The notes below the pieces were generated by a model. The model was not told the origin of the DNA. It did not search any database and was given only the letters and a program-made list of their open reading frames with translations. A stretch of 35,363 nucleotides of DNA from a virus, in UHGV virus genome UHGV-0299546; one strand, written 5' to 3'. Of the stretch, positions 8,832-18,687 are shown in pieces. Every line of letters begins with the position of its first letter. Positions within the stretch are counted from its first letter, which is position 1. A program made the position numbers and the translations under genes.

Positions 8832-9011
8832 CCAAGAAAGAAATCATCAATTGTATGAAGGTAGAGTTTAGACATGGTAAGGACGTTCCATGAGGCACAC
8901 TGTAATTTCATATAGTATTCCTCTTCCCTGTTTGATAAAAAAGTGCAATACTATAAATAGTCCAGTTAAATGCTTTTTCAATTCACTTAAAATCAAGAGG
9001 TTACAGTTAAG

Positions 9012-10133
9012 ATGGGCGACTTAGGTGGTATTCAGTCAGATTTAGCCCAACTAGTTAGACTGGTAATAACTGAACAGTATGATGACGTTCGGTTATATGT
9101 CGCTCGCTTGGTGCGTAAATATCGGGAAACTATGCCTGCTCTATCCGAGCAGCTTGATCTTTATCTACGAAATAAACCGCAAAAGCCTGCACAAAGCCTG
9201 CGTAAGGTTACCGCACCAAAACAAGCGCTGCCTCAAACCATGCCTGTGGACGAGGAGTCAAGGCTTACCTTGCTTAAAGCACCAAATGAAAAGATTGTGA
9301 GCAAACCTCTACTGTCCAGTCAGATAGAAGACTCACTGGATCAAATTATTCTTGAGCGGAAGCACATCGATCGCCTCAAGACTCTCGGCTTACAACCAAC
9401 ACGCTCTGCCATTTTTGTTGGCCCTCCGGGTGTAGGTAAAACACTTACGGCAAGCTGGTTGGCTCAGAAATTAGGGGTTCCTTTTTACGTTCTTGATTTA
9501 ACGGCAGTAATGAGCAGCTATCTGGGCAAAAGCGGAAATAACCTTCGGGCAGCTCTAGATTTTGCGAAGAAAGGGCCGTGCGTTCTTCTGTTAGATGAAA
9601 TTGATTCAATCGCCAAAAAGAGAAGTGATGATTCTGATGTTGGAGAATTAAAAAGACTTGTTACCGTGATACTCCAGGAGGTTGACGAATGGCCGTCTTC
9701 TAGTTTGCTACTTGCTGCAACTAACTTCGCTGAGTTGATTGATCCAGCACTATGGAGACGTTTTGATTTAGTGCTCAATTTTGAGAAGCCAGATAGCGAA
9801 AGTATTAAAGAAGCAATTAAACGCTTTTCAGGTCCCGACTACGCGATTTTTGCACGTTGGATAGATCTACTGGCTATTATGTTCAAAAATGAATCTTTTA
9901 GTAATATTGAGCGTTCTATCAACAAATTCCGACGTTCGGTCGCTTTAGGTATTTCCTCAGATGAAGAGTTGATTGGGTCGTTCATTAAAGATGGTTTATC
10001 AGAATTAGACAGGAATGAACGTAAAGAAATTGCAGTTACTCTAAAAAGAAATTCTAAATTATCCCAGCATGCCATATCAGACTTAACCGGAGTCAGTAGG
10101 GATACAATTAGAAAATACAGTCAAAAAATGTAA
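9012..10133 (+). CDS. AAA+ ATPase with C-terminal HTH-like tail (IetA-like?); first gene of hotspot cargo
   Basis: Walker A GPPGVGKT (nt 9420-9443), Walker B VLLLDEID, sensor AATN; AT-rich relative to flanking phage genes; AAGAGG RBS. Confidence 0.85.
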   Translation: MGDLGGIQSDLAQLVRLVITEQYDDVRLYVARLVRKYRETMPALSEQLDLYLRNKPQKPAQSLRKVTAPKQALPQTMPVDEESRLTLLKAPNEKIVSKPLLSSQIEDSLDQIILERKHIDRLKTLGLQPTRSAIFVGPPGVGKTLTASWLAQKLGVPFYVLDLTAVMSSYLGKSGNNLRAALDFAKKGPCVLLLDEIDSIAKKRSDDSDVGELKRLVTVILQEVDEWPSSSLLLAATNFAELIDPALWRRFDLVLNFEKPDSESIKEAIKRFSGPDYAIFARWIDLLAIMFKNESFSNIERSINKFRRSVALGISSDEELIGSFIKDGLSELDRNERKEIAVTLKRNSKLSQHAISDLTGVSRDTIRKYSQKM

Positions 10134-10156
10134 TACAGCATAGATAAGGAGTATGT

Positions 10157-12382
10157 ATGGCGAAAACTAATTTTCTGATTGGACGCGGCGAATTATTAAC
10201 CAGCGATATTCCTGGTCCTAAAAGAGTGCCCGGAAAAGCTGAGGTTTATTCTCTTTACGAATCGAAACAACGTTTATTGCCGCAAATTGCATCTACTATA
10301 GAAAATTTTGATGATTTACCCAGTCAGGCATGTCCTTATGATTATGCTGTGGCTAAGTTGACGTTGAATCCGAGCTATATTGCACGCTCTTTTTTTCCTG
10401 CAAAAATGCTTAAGTCTACCGGGTTAACGTCTATTGGCAGCAGGACGGTAAAAATTACGCCTCAAAGCTGGAAGCGAAAAGTTACTGTGTCAGAAGTAAC
10501 TACGACACAAATGTTTGTTGCTGGTAAAAGAGAATCCTTCAAAGAGTTACCTCATTGGGTGTCAGGACTCAAAGAGTTTTCTGACGAAGCGATTGATTTT
10601 GCACGCATAGAACGGTTCGATGCCTATTTACCCGAAGAGCGTATTATTACCATTGGTGAGCAGGATTCTTCGTATTTTGAGGTTGGTGTTCATTTACTGC
10701 CAGATAATGAACAAGACTTGGTTCAGCAACAATTTGTTCAGTTTGCATCAAATTTGAACATCAAAGTACATACTTCATTAGCTTTTACCGCTGGTACATT
10801 ATGGTTCGTGCCAATCCAGGCCGATAGAATTACTATTAGTAAGCTTGCGAAATTTACATTTGTACGAGTCATAAGACCGGTTCCAAGATTGCGTGGGATT
10901 AGACCAATACAAAGGAACTACGGTCCTTTAGCTCAGTGTAAATTGCCTGCTGAGGGCCCCGTATCTTCAGAAATAAAAGTTGCGATTCTTGATGGTGGTT
11001 TACCATCAGAGCACGCTATATCGCCATGGTTAAAATCCTATAGAGTTTTGGACGATCATGCAGAGGATGATCCAGACGGTTTAGAGCATGGTTTAGCTGT
11101 GTCTTCAGCCTTTTTATTTGGACCAATAAGTAATAAATCGGAAGCGAAAAGACCATACTCTTATATTGATAACTTAAGAGTTTTGGACAACAAGACCTGC
11201 CAAGAAGATCCGCTGGAACTATATCGAACTTTGGGCTTTATTGAAGAGGTATTGTTGTCTCGCCAGTATCAGTTTATCAATCTAAGTTTAGGTCCAGACC
11301 TACCAATTGAAGATACGGAAGTTCATGCATGGACTTCCGTTATTGATGATTTGTTAAGTGATGGTGAAACATTAATGACTGTTGCTGTTGGCAACAATGG
11401 AGAAATGGATCGCAAGTCTGGTAATGCAAGAATTCAAGTACCAGCCGATTGCGTTAATGCTCTTGCTGTTGGTGCTTGTGATACAGTTAATGATACGGAA
11501 TGGAAACGAGCACCATATAGCGCCATTGGGCCAGGCAGAAGTCCTGGCGTGATGAAACCGGATTTAGTTGCGTTTGGTGGTGACACAGACGAGTACTTTC
11601 ATGTTTTAGGTAAAGGTAAGAAGCCTGTAATCATACCCCAGCTAGGAACAAGCTTTGCCTCTCCTTACGCCTTACGAGCAGCTGTTGGTGTTCGGGCAAT
11701 TTTAGGGAACGATTTGAGCCTACTAGCAATCAAAGCTTTGTTAATTCATGCGTCAAAACAGCTTGATCATCCTTGTACAGAAGTTGGCTGGGGAAAACTT
11801 CCTGAAGACTTGAACGACATTATAGTCAGCCCTGATGGTGTTGCCCGTATCGTCTACCAAGGTGAATTGAAACCAGGAAAATACTTACGCGCTCCTCTTC
11901 CAATACCTGAAGGTGGCTTGAAAGGTAGAATAAACTTAGCGGCAACTTTCTGTTATGCAACAACCACTGATCCACAAGACCCAGCTTCCTATACAAAAGC
12001 TGGTTTGGAAGTGACATTCCGGCCAAATGATTCAAAAATCAAAGACGGAAAACAAAATGCTGAAACCAAGGGATTCTTTGAACTGGCCAAATATTCAACT
12101 GAAAGTGAGCGACGTTCTGACATGGGCAAATGGGAGACCGTCTTACATAATTCGAAGAACATGCTAGGTTCAACTCTAAAAAATCCTGTATTTGACATTC
12201 ATTATAACGCTCGTGAGGCCGGTGCAAGCATAGCCAGCCATAAGGCAGAAAAAATCAAGTATGCTCTTATAATTACCATTAAGGCATCAAAGCACCAAGA
12301 CCTGTATAACGAAATTTTACGTACTTATAATCAGGTGCTCGTGCCAATTCAACCGCAAACATCAATTCCTATTCGTTCGTAA
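10157..12382 (+). CDS. Subtilisin-like serine protease, peptidase S8 family, with ~265-aa N-terminal domain of unknown function (IetS-like?)
   Basis: Catalytic triad motifs in D-H-S order: VAILD279GG (nt 10991-10993), EH311GLAVSS, GTS499FASP (nt 11651-11653); oxyanion VGNNGE; AAGGAG RBS; 23 bp after the ATPase stop. Confidence 0.88.
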   Translation: MAKTNFLIGRGELLTSDIPGPKRVPGKAEVYSLYESKQRLLPQIASTIENFDDLPSQACPYDYAVAKLTLNPSYIARSFFPAKMLKSTGLTSIGSRTVKITPQSWKRKVTVSEVTTTQMFVAGKRESFKELPHWVSGLKEFSDEAIDFARIERFDAYLPEERIITIGEQDSSYFEVGVHLLPDNEQDLVQQQFVQFASNLNIKVHTSLAFTAGTLWFVPIQADRITISKLAKFTFVRVIRPVPRLRGIRPIQRNYGPLAQCKLPAEGPVSSEIKVAILDGGLPSEHAISPWLKSYRVLDDHAEDDPDGLEHGLAVSSAFLFGPISNKSEAKRPYSYIDNLRVLDNKTCQEDPLELYRTLGFIEEVLLSRQYQFINLSLGPDLPIEDTEVHAWTSVIDDLLSDGETLMTVAVGNNGEMDRKSGNARIQVPADCVNALAVGACDTVNDTEWKRAPYSAIGPGRSPGVMKPDLVAFGGDTDEYFHVLGKGKKPVIIPQLGTSFASPYALRAAVGVRAILGNDLSLLAIKALLIHASKQLDHPCTEVGWGKLPEDLNDIIVSPDGVARIVYQGELKPGKYLRAPLPIPEGGLKGRINLAATFCYATTTDPQDPASYTKAGLEVTFRPNDSKIKDGKQNAETKGFFELAKYSTESERRSDMGKWETVLHNSKNMLGSTLKNPVFDIHYNAREAGASIASHKAEKIKYALIITIKASKHQDLYNEILRTYNQVLVPIQPQTSIPIRS

Positions 12383-12395
12383 TCCTTCAAGACAT

Positions 12396-12426
12396 AATGC
12401 CCCTCAATTTGAGGGGCATTTCTTTG
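12396..12426 (+). terminator. Intrinsic terminator ending the cargo operon
   Basis: Stem TGCCCCTCA/TGAGGGGCA (12398-12406 / 12410-12418) followed by TTTCTTT. Confidence 0.65.
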
Positions 12427-12450
12427 CACAAAAGTGCACAAATTTGCACA
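12425..12450. repeat. Three direct TGCACA(A) repeats at 10-bp periodicity
   Basis: TGCACA at 12425, 12435 and 12445; lies between the cargo and the expected cos site. Confidence 0.5.
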
Positions 12451-12824
12451 ATTTTTTTGAACGACTTTTTGCCCTTCCGGCCCGCATGGCGGCTGGATCC
12501 GTCAAGGATCCGTGCGTGCACAAAAAAACGCGCTTTTTCTGCGCGCAGGTGACGGGGGAACAGCCCGCGTTTCAGGGGGTAAATAGCGTTCCCTTAACGA
12601 TGTCGCAGCGACACGACAGAATGGCCGTATTTCTCACGCTGAGCGTGAAAAATACGTGAGGGATTCTGGTTTGATGGGGTGAAAGGTAAGGCCGTCAAAA
12701 TCGCACTGAGGCGGCGAGAACATGCAGTCAGCGCAGTGGGATTGCGTAAGAATCTGACCGTCGATGATGGCAATAAGCAGGAAAGCGTCGTGAAATTATC
12801 TGACTGATACAGGAGCTGGAGAGT

Positions 12825-12849
12825 CGGGGCATAAATTTTTTATGCCCCG
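12825..12849. other. Perfect 11-bp-stem hairpin downstream of the portal gene
   Basis: CGGGGCATAAA-TTT-TTTATGCCCCG; no U-tract follows on either strand, so function is unclear. Confidence 0.4.
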
Positions 12850-12875
12850 GCGAAGCAGCAGACAAGCGAAGCGCG

Positions 12876-13922
12876 TCAGGATGTGGGCTGGGTATCTAAC
12901 AGTGCGTAAGGGTTAAAGCGGATCACCTCTTCGCCAAGCCAGTCATTGATGTGCTTCATGGCCTCCATGACGGGCATCAGCTCGTTAATTGCGTAAACCC
13001 GCGCGGCCTTCTCCACATCACCAAACGCACTTTTTTCGCCCGGCATCGCCCCCATCAGTTGCGGCGGAACGCGGTGCGCAGCCAGCACATCATCACGGGA
13101 TGCCGCCTTAACATTCATGAACTCATCCTTTGCGGTGATCTGCTGGAACGGCAAAATTTGCACCCCCTCTTTGCCCCCGTTGGGCGCATGAATGAGCACG
13201 TTTTTAAACGCACCACCACCACGTGCCCCCTGTAGCGTTTCTTTCAGGGAGTCCATGCTTTCGCGGTTTACCTGCGCTGCACCGATGTAGATGATGCACC
13301 CGGCGTGGGATCCGTTGTCGTAGTACAGTTTTCTGAACATGTCCGCCGAATGAGAAAGGCTGGCCGAGAGTAATGCGCCAAGATATTCCGGCATGCCGTA
13401 GATTTCCTGGTTAATATCCGGATTCATCAGGTGGCACACTTTGCCAGGACGAAACTGGAACGCGTCCTTGCCATCCTGCACATACCACCATGATTCAAGA
13501 TCGCTTCCGCGTCGCATGTATTTCGCCAGTGCGTGCCGTAATTTAAGCGGTTCGCCGAGCATATTGCTCCGAAGCTCAAGGAATGCGTTACCGAACACAA
13601 ACCAGTCCAGCGCCAGCGCCGAGAAATCCTGCCGGGAAAGCAGCGGGTGCGGGATGTAGCAACCGAGTAATACATTGCGCTTAAAGTAAAGCGCAGACTG
13701 ATGCCAGGACGTTTGCCGGGCAGCTCTTGCCAGACCGTACCAGTCCACCGGGGTTTCATACCACCGCCCGTTATCAGCACAGTACATATTGTCCAGCAGA
13801 TCATGCCCGGTCAGGCGATAAGGACCATCAAATGTGAATGCACTGAGCGATGATTCTTTCCTGAGCGCATCAGCGAGATCAATGCGTGAACTCATGCGCA
13901 CTTTTTTATTTTTTCTGCTCAT
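12876..13922 (-). CDS. Q: Portal protein gpQ
   Basis: 348 aa, P2 Q-like by length and position; start overlaps the P stop (ATGA). Confidence 0.93.
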   Translation of the reverse strand: MSRKNKKVRMSSRIDLADALRKESSLSAFTFDGPYRLTGHDLLDNMYCADNGRWYETPVDWYGLARAARQTSWHQSALYFKRNVLLGCYIPHPLLSRQDFSALALDWFVFGNAFLELRSNMLGEPLKLRHALAKYMRRGSDLESWWYVQDGKDAFQFRPGKVCHLMNPDINQEIYGMPEYLGALLSASLSHSADMFRKLYYDNGSHAGCIIYIGAAQVNRESMDSLKETLQGARGGGAFKNVLIHAPNGGKEGVQILPFQQITAKDEFMNVKAASRDDVLAAHRVPPQLMGAMPGEKSAFGDVEKAARVYAINELMPVMEAMKHINDWLGEEVIRFNPYALLDTQPTS

Positions 13923-15673
13923 CAGAACTCCATAACCGTGAAACGCTCGTTTTCTCCTTCGCCGCCAATCGGTTCGTTAATGACAGCAAGCATGGTTGCC
14001 CACGCAAGGTCGCCGTGGCTGATCCCCCTCGCGCGGTCCGTTTCGTAAGTGATAAAGCCGCCCGGTGTTTTCACCTTACGCACGGCGTTAAAGGCCGCGA
14101 CCAGCTCGCGTTCGGCGCGATCGTATTCCCACCGCCCGGCACGCATTATTTGCAGCATTTTCAGTACCAGCGACCGTTTTGATGACAGCGTGAAGGTGTA
14201 CGGAATAGCAGCAGGGAAAAACCGTTTCACTATCTGATAAACAGCCTCCCCGTTCCCGCCCGTCACATCAATGCCGATGTGTTCCACGTTGTAGCGATAC
14301 GTGAACTCTTCAATGACTCTGGCCTGTTCTTCAAACTCCAGCCCCTGAACGCGTCGCGTCTCCACCGTTCGAAAACGGCCACCAGGAACAGCCGGAGGAA
14401 CCACCACGGACACAGCGCCGCTGTCGCCGTTGCCACTGCTGCCGTTTGCGTCATACCCAATCCATACCGGACGATTCCCCATCGGGCGGGGAGCAAAAGG
14501 TTTCCAGTCTTTCCAGTCGTCGTATCCGTCAACACCGCAGCCAATCAGGATATTCAGGTTAAATGCCGATTCCCCTTCGCGAACAAACTCACACATATAG
14601 AGATTGAGGAACTCGTCTTCGGTATTTTCATCACGAATTTCGTCGATATCGGTGTGTTTCCAGCCGTGATTAACCACATCTTCCAGCGTGACAATTTGCC
14701 GCCACGTCCGGTCAGGGCAGATAAGCCCGTTATGCAGCGTTTTCCAGTCCACAGAAAAACGCTGGCGTTTATGCGAGGCCTTTTTCTCGTTCCAGCGGTC
14801 GCCGTTCCAGTAGGCGTATGCCTCGTGCGTTTCGGTGGATGGCGTGGAGAAGTAGGTGCGCCGCAGTCCGCTGAGGGTTGCCATAGCGCCAGCCACCTTG
14901 CGCAGTTCAGCAAAGCGACTGACCCAGAAAAATTCATCAAAATAAAAATTGCCCGTATAGGACTGTGCCGACGCAGCAGAAGTGCCGAGAAAATGCAGCT
15001 CTGCGCCGTTGGAGAGGATGATTTTATCGCCCCCTTTCAGCTCCACATCAACTTCAGCCGCGGCCTTCTGAATAATGCTTTTAAACTGGAACGCCTGACG
15101 ACGCGACGCAGACAAAAAAATCTGGTTACGCTGGTAAGGTTGCGCCACATCGTCACGCAGCGCCATCAGCAGTGCTTCCTGTGCAAAATACCAGGTCGCC
15201 CCAATCTGTCGGGATTTCAGGATCATCCTGTTACGTATCCCGGCTTCCCTGCAAAGGGTCAGGGAGTCAAACCAGCCCCGCTGATGCCACTCCAGCCTGC
15301 TGATGATTTTTTCCCGCAGTGCGGCAATCTGTTCCTGCGTGAAATGATTTTTGAGTTTTTTCGCCCGGCCTTTCTTTCCTGCGGCCATCACATCCGGCTG
15401 GCCATCATGCAGCTTTTTAAGCTGCCGGGTCAGCAGGTCTATTTCCTTAAAGTCACCGCCTGTTTTATTCTGTTTTTCAGTAAGCTGGATGAGGCGCGCA
15501 TCGATGGACTGCGTGACACGCTGCACGGGTGGCGTTTCATCCCACTGGTCACGTTTTTTCCACGCATAAATCGTGTTCGGGTTTATTCCCATCAGACGTG
15601 ATATTTCTGCGGGCGGATAACCCTGCCAGTAAAGTTGCCGCGCACGCTGGCGCACAAAAGCGTCCTGAATCAT
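13922..15673 (-). CDS. P: Terminase large subunit gpP
   Basis: 583 aa; P2 P-like by length and position; GGGGGAG RBS. Confidence 0.93.
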   Translation of the reverse strand: MIQDAFVRQRARQLYWQGYPPAEISRLMGINPNTIYAWKKRDQWDETPPVQRVTQSIDARLIQLTEKQNKTGGDFKEIDLLTRQLKKLHDGQPDVMAAGKKGRAKKLKNHFTQEQIAALREKIISRLEWHQRGWFDSLTLCREAGIRNRMILKSRQIGATWYFAQEALLMALRDDVAQPYQRNQIFLSASRRQAFQFKSIIQKAAAEVDVELKGGDKIILSNGAELHFLGTSAASAQSYTGNFYFDEFFWVSRFAELRKVAGAMATLSGLRRTYFSTPSTETHEAYAYWNGDRWNEKKASHKRQRFSVDWKTLHNGLICPDRTWRQIVTLEDVVNHGWKHTDIDEIRDENTEDEFLNLYMCEFVREGESAFNLNILIGCGVDGYDDWKDWKPFAPRPMGNRPVWIGYDANGSSGNGDSGAVSVVVPPAVPGGRFRTVETRRVQGLEFEEQARVIEEFTYRYNVEHIGIDVTGGNGEAVYQIVKRFFPAAIPYTFTLSSKRSLVLKMLQIMRAGRWEYDRAERELVAAFNAVRKVKTPGGFITYETDRARGISHGDLAWATMLAVINEPIGGEGENERFTVMEF

Positions 15674-15827
15674 TGCTCCCCCTGAGTAATTACAGGAAGA
15701 TTACCCGCGCGCGAAACCGTTCTCCTTAACCCCCTGTTCTGACCGTTTTCTTACAACAAAAGCCCTTTGTATCAGCCTGTTACGCTTTGCCATCATGACT
15801 GAAGAACCAGTCAGAGGGGCAAAAACT

Positions 15828-16664
15828 ATGGCTAATGAAAAAAAGACATCCCGCAAAAAGTTTCGCGTGGCTGTCTCCGGATCAACTGTTGATGGCCGTG
15901 AAATCAGTCCGGTGCATCTGCGTGAAGCCGCCGAGAACTTCAACCCGGATGTTTACGCTGCCCGCGTGAACGTTGAGCACTATCTCTCGCCATGCCCGTC
16001 AAGCGAATTTTCCGCAATGGGCGATGTCACCGCACTGAGTACGGAAGACATTACGGAAGGTCCGCTGGCCGGACGTACTGCGCTGTATGCAGAAATCGAA
16101 CCGACCGAGCGCATGAAGCAGCTTGTCGCGGACGGCAAGAAAATCTATTCCAGTATCGAACTGCACCCGCAGTTCTCCGTTAACGGGCGCGCCTATCTGG
16201 TCGGGCTGGCGATGACCGACACCCCGGCAAGCCTGGGCACTGAGCGCCTGAAATTCACGGCACAGCAACGTCAGGCGGTGATGACGTTCAACAGTATCCA
16301 GGGTGAAGCGCCGCTTATCTCCGAAGCCATCGAGTCTGAAATCATCGAAATGGCAGAACAACGCCAGGAAGAAGGCACCCAGTGGTTTAACCGCGTAATG
16401 GGGATTATTGGTCGTGGCCGCAAAGCGGATGACGCCAGTTTCTCCCGTATTCAGGAAGCGCTGGAAGGCGTCGCAACGTCACAGGCCGACATTATCGACC
16501 GTTTTAATGTGCTGGAAACCCGCCATCAGCAGGACAGCCAGAAAATCACGTCACTGACCACAGAGCTGACAGCATTGAAGGAAAAACTGCGCACGCAGGA
16601 CGGCGATCCGCAGAACCGGTTCACCGCAACAGGTGCAGCCTCCGACCAGCTGGCTGACTTCTGA
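15828..16664 (+). CDS. O: Capsid scaffolding protein gpO
   Basis: Resembles P2 O from ATG 15828 (MANEKKTSRKKFRVAVSGST...); GAGGGG RBS; divergent from P. Confidence 0.88.
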   Translation: MANEKKTSRKKFRVAVSGSTVDGREISPVHLREAAENFNPDVYAARVNVEHYLSPCPSSEFSAMGDVTALSTEDITEGPLAGRTALYAEIEPTERMKQLVADGKKIYSSIELHPQFSVNGRAYLVGLAMTDTPASLGTERLKFTAQQRQAVMTFNSIQGEAPLISEAIESEIIEMAEQRQEEGTQWFNRVMGIIGRGRKADDASFSRIQEALEGVATSQADIIDRFNVLETRHQQDSQKITSLTTELTALKEKLRTQDGDPQNRFTATGAASDQLADF

Positions 16665-16687
16665 TAAGACAAAGGAGCAAATTTTTT

Positions 16688-17740
16688 ATGAATCTGGTGA
16701 TGTCAGATATTACCCGCAACAAGCTGGGTTGCTATATGGCGCAGCAGGCGTCGCTTAACAATATCCCGGTTTCTGCACTGGTATCGCGATTTACCGTGGA
16801 ACCCGCGGTGCAGCAGCGTTTTGAAAACGCCTCAAAGGAAAGTACCGAATTTACGAAAAGAATTAACGTGATCGGCGTGACCGACCAGAAAGGCGAAAAA
16901 ATCCTCCTGGATACCACAGGACCGATTGCGCGCACGAATACCAGTTATGACGGCACAAAACGCCGTAACCCGAATAACGTGGTTGATCTGAAAAACCGCA
17001 AATACCAGTGCGAACAGGTGAACTACGACACGTTTATTTCGTATCCGCAGCTTGATGCCTGGTCGGCACACCCTGATTTTCAGTCCCGCATCAGCGCACA
17101 GATTGCCCGACAGGTGGCACTTGACCGCATCATGATCGGTTTCAACGGCACGTCTCACGCGGATGAGTCCAACTTCAGCACCAACAAGTTGCTTCAGGAC
17201 GTTAACGTGGGGTGGCTGAAGCACATCAGAACCAACGCCAGCGAACGCGTTATGAATGACGTGACGCTGACCTCCCGTAACATGGACAACACCGTGGCGC
17301 ACGCGGGTAAGTATGCGAACGCTGATGCACTGGTACAGGACGCGCGCTCATCCCTGCTGGATGAATGGCACAAGGAAGCTGACGACCTCGTGGTGATTAT
17401 GGGGCGCAACCTGTTTAACTCGCTGCGTCTGCCCGTGCTGAACAGCATCAGCGGCCAGAATCCCAATGCGGAATTACTTGCCGGGCAGCTCATTCTGTCA
17501 TCGCGCACCATTGGCGGGCTGGGCGTGTTCCTTGCGCCGTTCTTCCCGGATGCAACGATGCTGATCACCTCGTTCAACAACCTGTCGATTTACTGGCAGA
17601 AAGGTTCAATGCGTCGCCTGATGAAAGACGAGCCGGAATACAACCGCATCGCCACCTACCAGTCCATCAATGACGCTTATGTCGTTGAAGACTATGGCAA
17701 GTGCGCGATGGTCACTGGCTTGAAGTTCGCCGACAGCTAA
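16688..17740 (+). CDS. N: Major capsid protein gpN
   Basis: 350 aa; P2 N-like motifs (FTVEP, GEKI, YxCEQ, DYVVEDY); AAGGAG RBS. Confidence 0.93.
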   Translation: MNLVMSDITRNKLGCYMAQQASLNNIPVSALVSRFTVEPAVQQRFENASKESTEFTKRINVIGVTDQKGEKILLDTTGPIARTNTSYDGTKRRNPNNVVDLKNRKYQCEQVNYDTFISYPQLDAWSAHPDFQSRISAQIARQVALDRIMIGFNGTSHADESNFSTNKLLQDVNVGWLKHIRTNASERVMNDVTLTSRNMDNTVAHAGKYANADALVQDARSSLLDEWHKEADDLVVIMGRNLFNSLRLPVLNSISGQNPNAELLAGQLILSSRTIGGLGVFLAPFFPDATMLITSFNNLSIYWQKGSMRRLMKDEPEYNRIATYQSINDAYVVEDYGKCAMVTGLKFADS

Positions 17741-17749
17741 TCAACTCAC

Positions 17750-17768
17750 GGCGGGCATCATGCCCGCC
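17750..17768 (+). other. Stable stem-loop between N and M
   Basis: GGCGGGCA-TCA-TGCCCGCC; no U-tract follows. Confidence 0.3.
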
Positions 17769-17785
17769 TGTAACGGAGAGAAAAA

Positions 17786-18586
17786 ATGATTACTCCTGCA
17801 CAGCAACACTGGCAGAACGTGATGGCACAGCGCGCAGGCCGGGCGAATGAAGGCGTGGACCACGCCGCGCGTACCGCGCATGAAGAGGTGCTGTATCGTC
17901 TGCGTCTGGCACAGGCCCGGCTTAAGGGCGTACAGGCCAGAAGCGCCAAAGCCGCCATCAAAAAAGAGTTGTTGCCGGACTTTTCCGGCTGGATTGAGGG
18001 AACACTGGAGGCTGACGGCGGGCAGCAGGATGAAGTGATTGCCACGCTGATGGTGTGGGCGATTGACTGCGGCGATCTTCCGCTGGCACTGCGTATTGGT
18101 GCATATGTGGTCCGTCACAACCTCATCATGCCGGATAACTTTGGACGTACTGCTGCCACGGTACTGACCGAAGAAATCTGCAACCCGGTACTGACGCAGG
18201 CCGGGACGGATGCCGACGCGGATTTGTCCGCCTTTATCGAACCACTGGATACCCTCCGGGAGATTGTCACCGACCAGGACATGCCGGACGAAGTGCGCGC
18301 CAAATTATGCAAGGCGTGCGCCTTTGCCCGCCGTGGCCTGACCGATGCGGACAGCATGGCCTCATCACTGAAGCTGCTGCGCGAAGCGATGCACCTGAAC
18401 CCGAACGCAGGTGTGAAACGCGAGATTGCAACCCTTTCCCGCGCTCTGAAAAAAGCCGATTCCGCAGCCGCACCAGAAGATGCCAGCACACCGCAGGCGC
18501 AGGACGAAAGCAGCAAAAGTAAAAAGACAACGCGGAAGCCTGCAACACGAAAAACCACCGCGACGCAGAAGGCGAAGCGCGGTTAA
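17786..18586 (+). CDS. M: Terminase small subunit gpM
   Basis: 266 aa; N-terminus and internal blocks (KKELLP, PDEVRAKL, AGVKKEI) resemble P2 M. Confidence 0.88.
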   Translation: MITPAQQHWQNVMAQRAGRANEGVDHAARTAHEEVLYRLRLAQARLKGVQARSAKAAIKKELLPDFSGWIEGTLEADGGQQDEVIATLMVWAIDCGDLPLALRIGAYVVRHNLIMPDNFGRTAATVLTEEICNPVLTQAGTDADADLSAFIEPLDTLREIVTDQDMPDEVRAKLCKACAFARRGLTDADSMASSLKLLREAMHLNPNAGVKREIATLSRALKKADSAAAPEDASTPQAQDESSKSKKTTRKPATRKTTATQKAKRG

Positions 18587-18687
18587 CGACTGACCCCGTC
18601 AGCGGGCGGCGTGCGCGGTGTTCCGGTTTGACTCCGTGACCGTTTACACCGCGCACCCACCGCCCGATTTTTTCAGGAGTGAACCCC

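Noticed and set aside
14279-15601. 440-aa plus-strand ORF
   Set aside because: Lies entirely antisense within the terminase large subunit gene, whose identity is clear; low-complexity translation.
15674-15827. Ogr-type late promoter motif (TGT-N12-ACA) in the P/O divergent region and upstream of FI
   Set aside because: Only an off-spacing dyad TGT-N15-ACA (15735-15755) was seen and no N12 match in 32621-32777; too weak to annotate, and my recollection of the consensus may be inexact.
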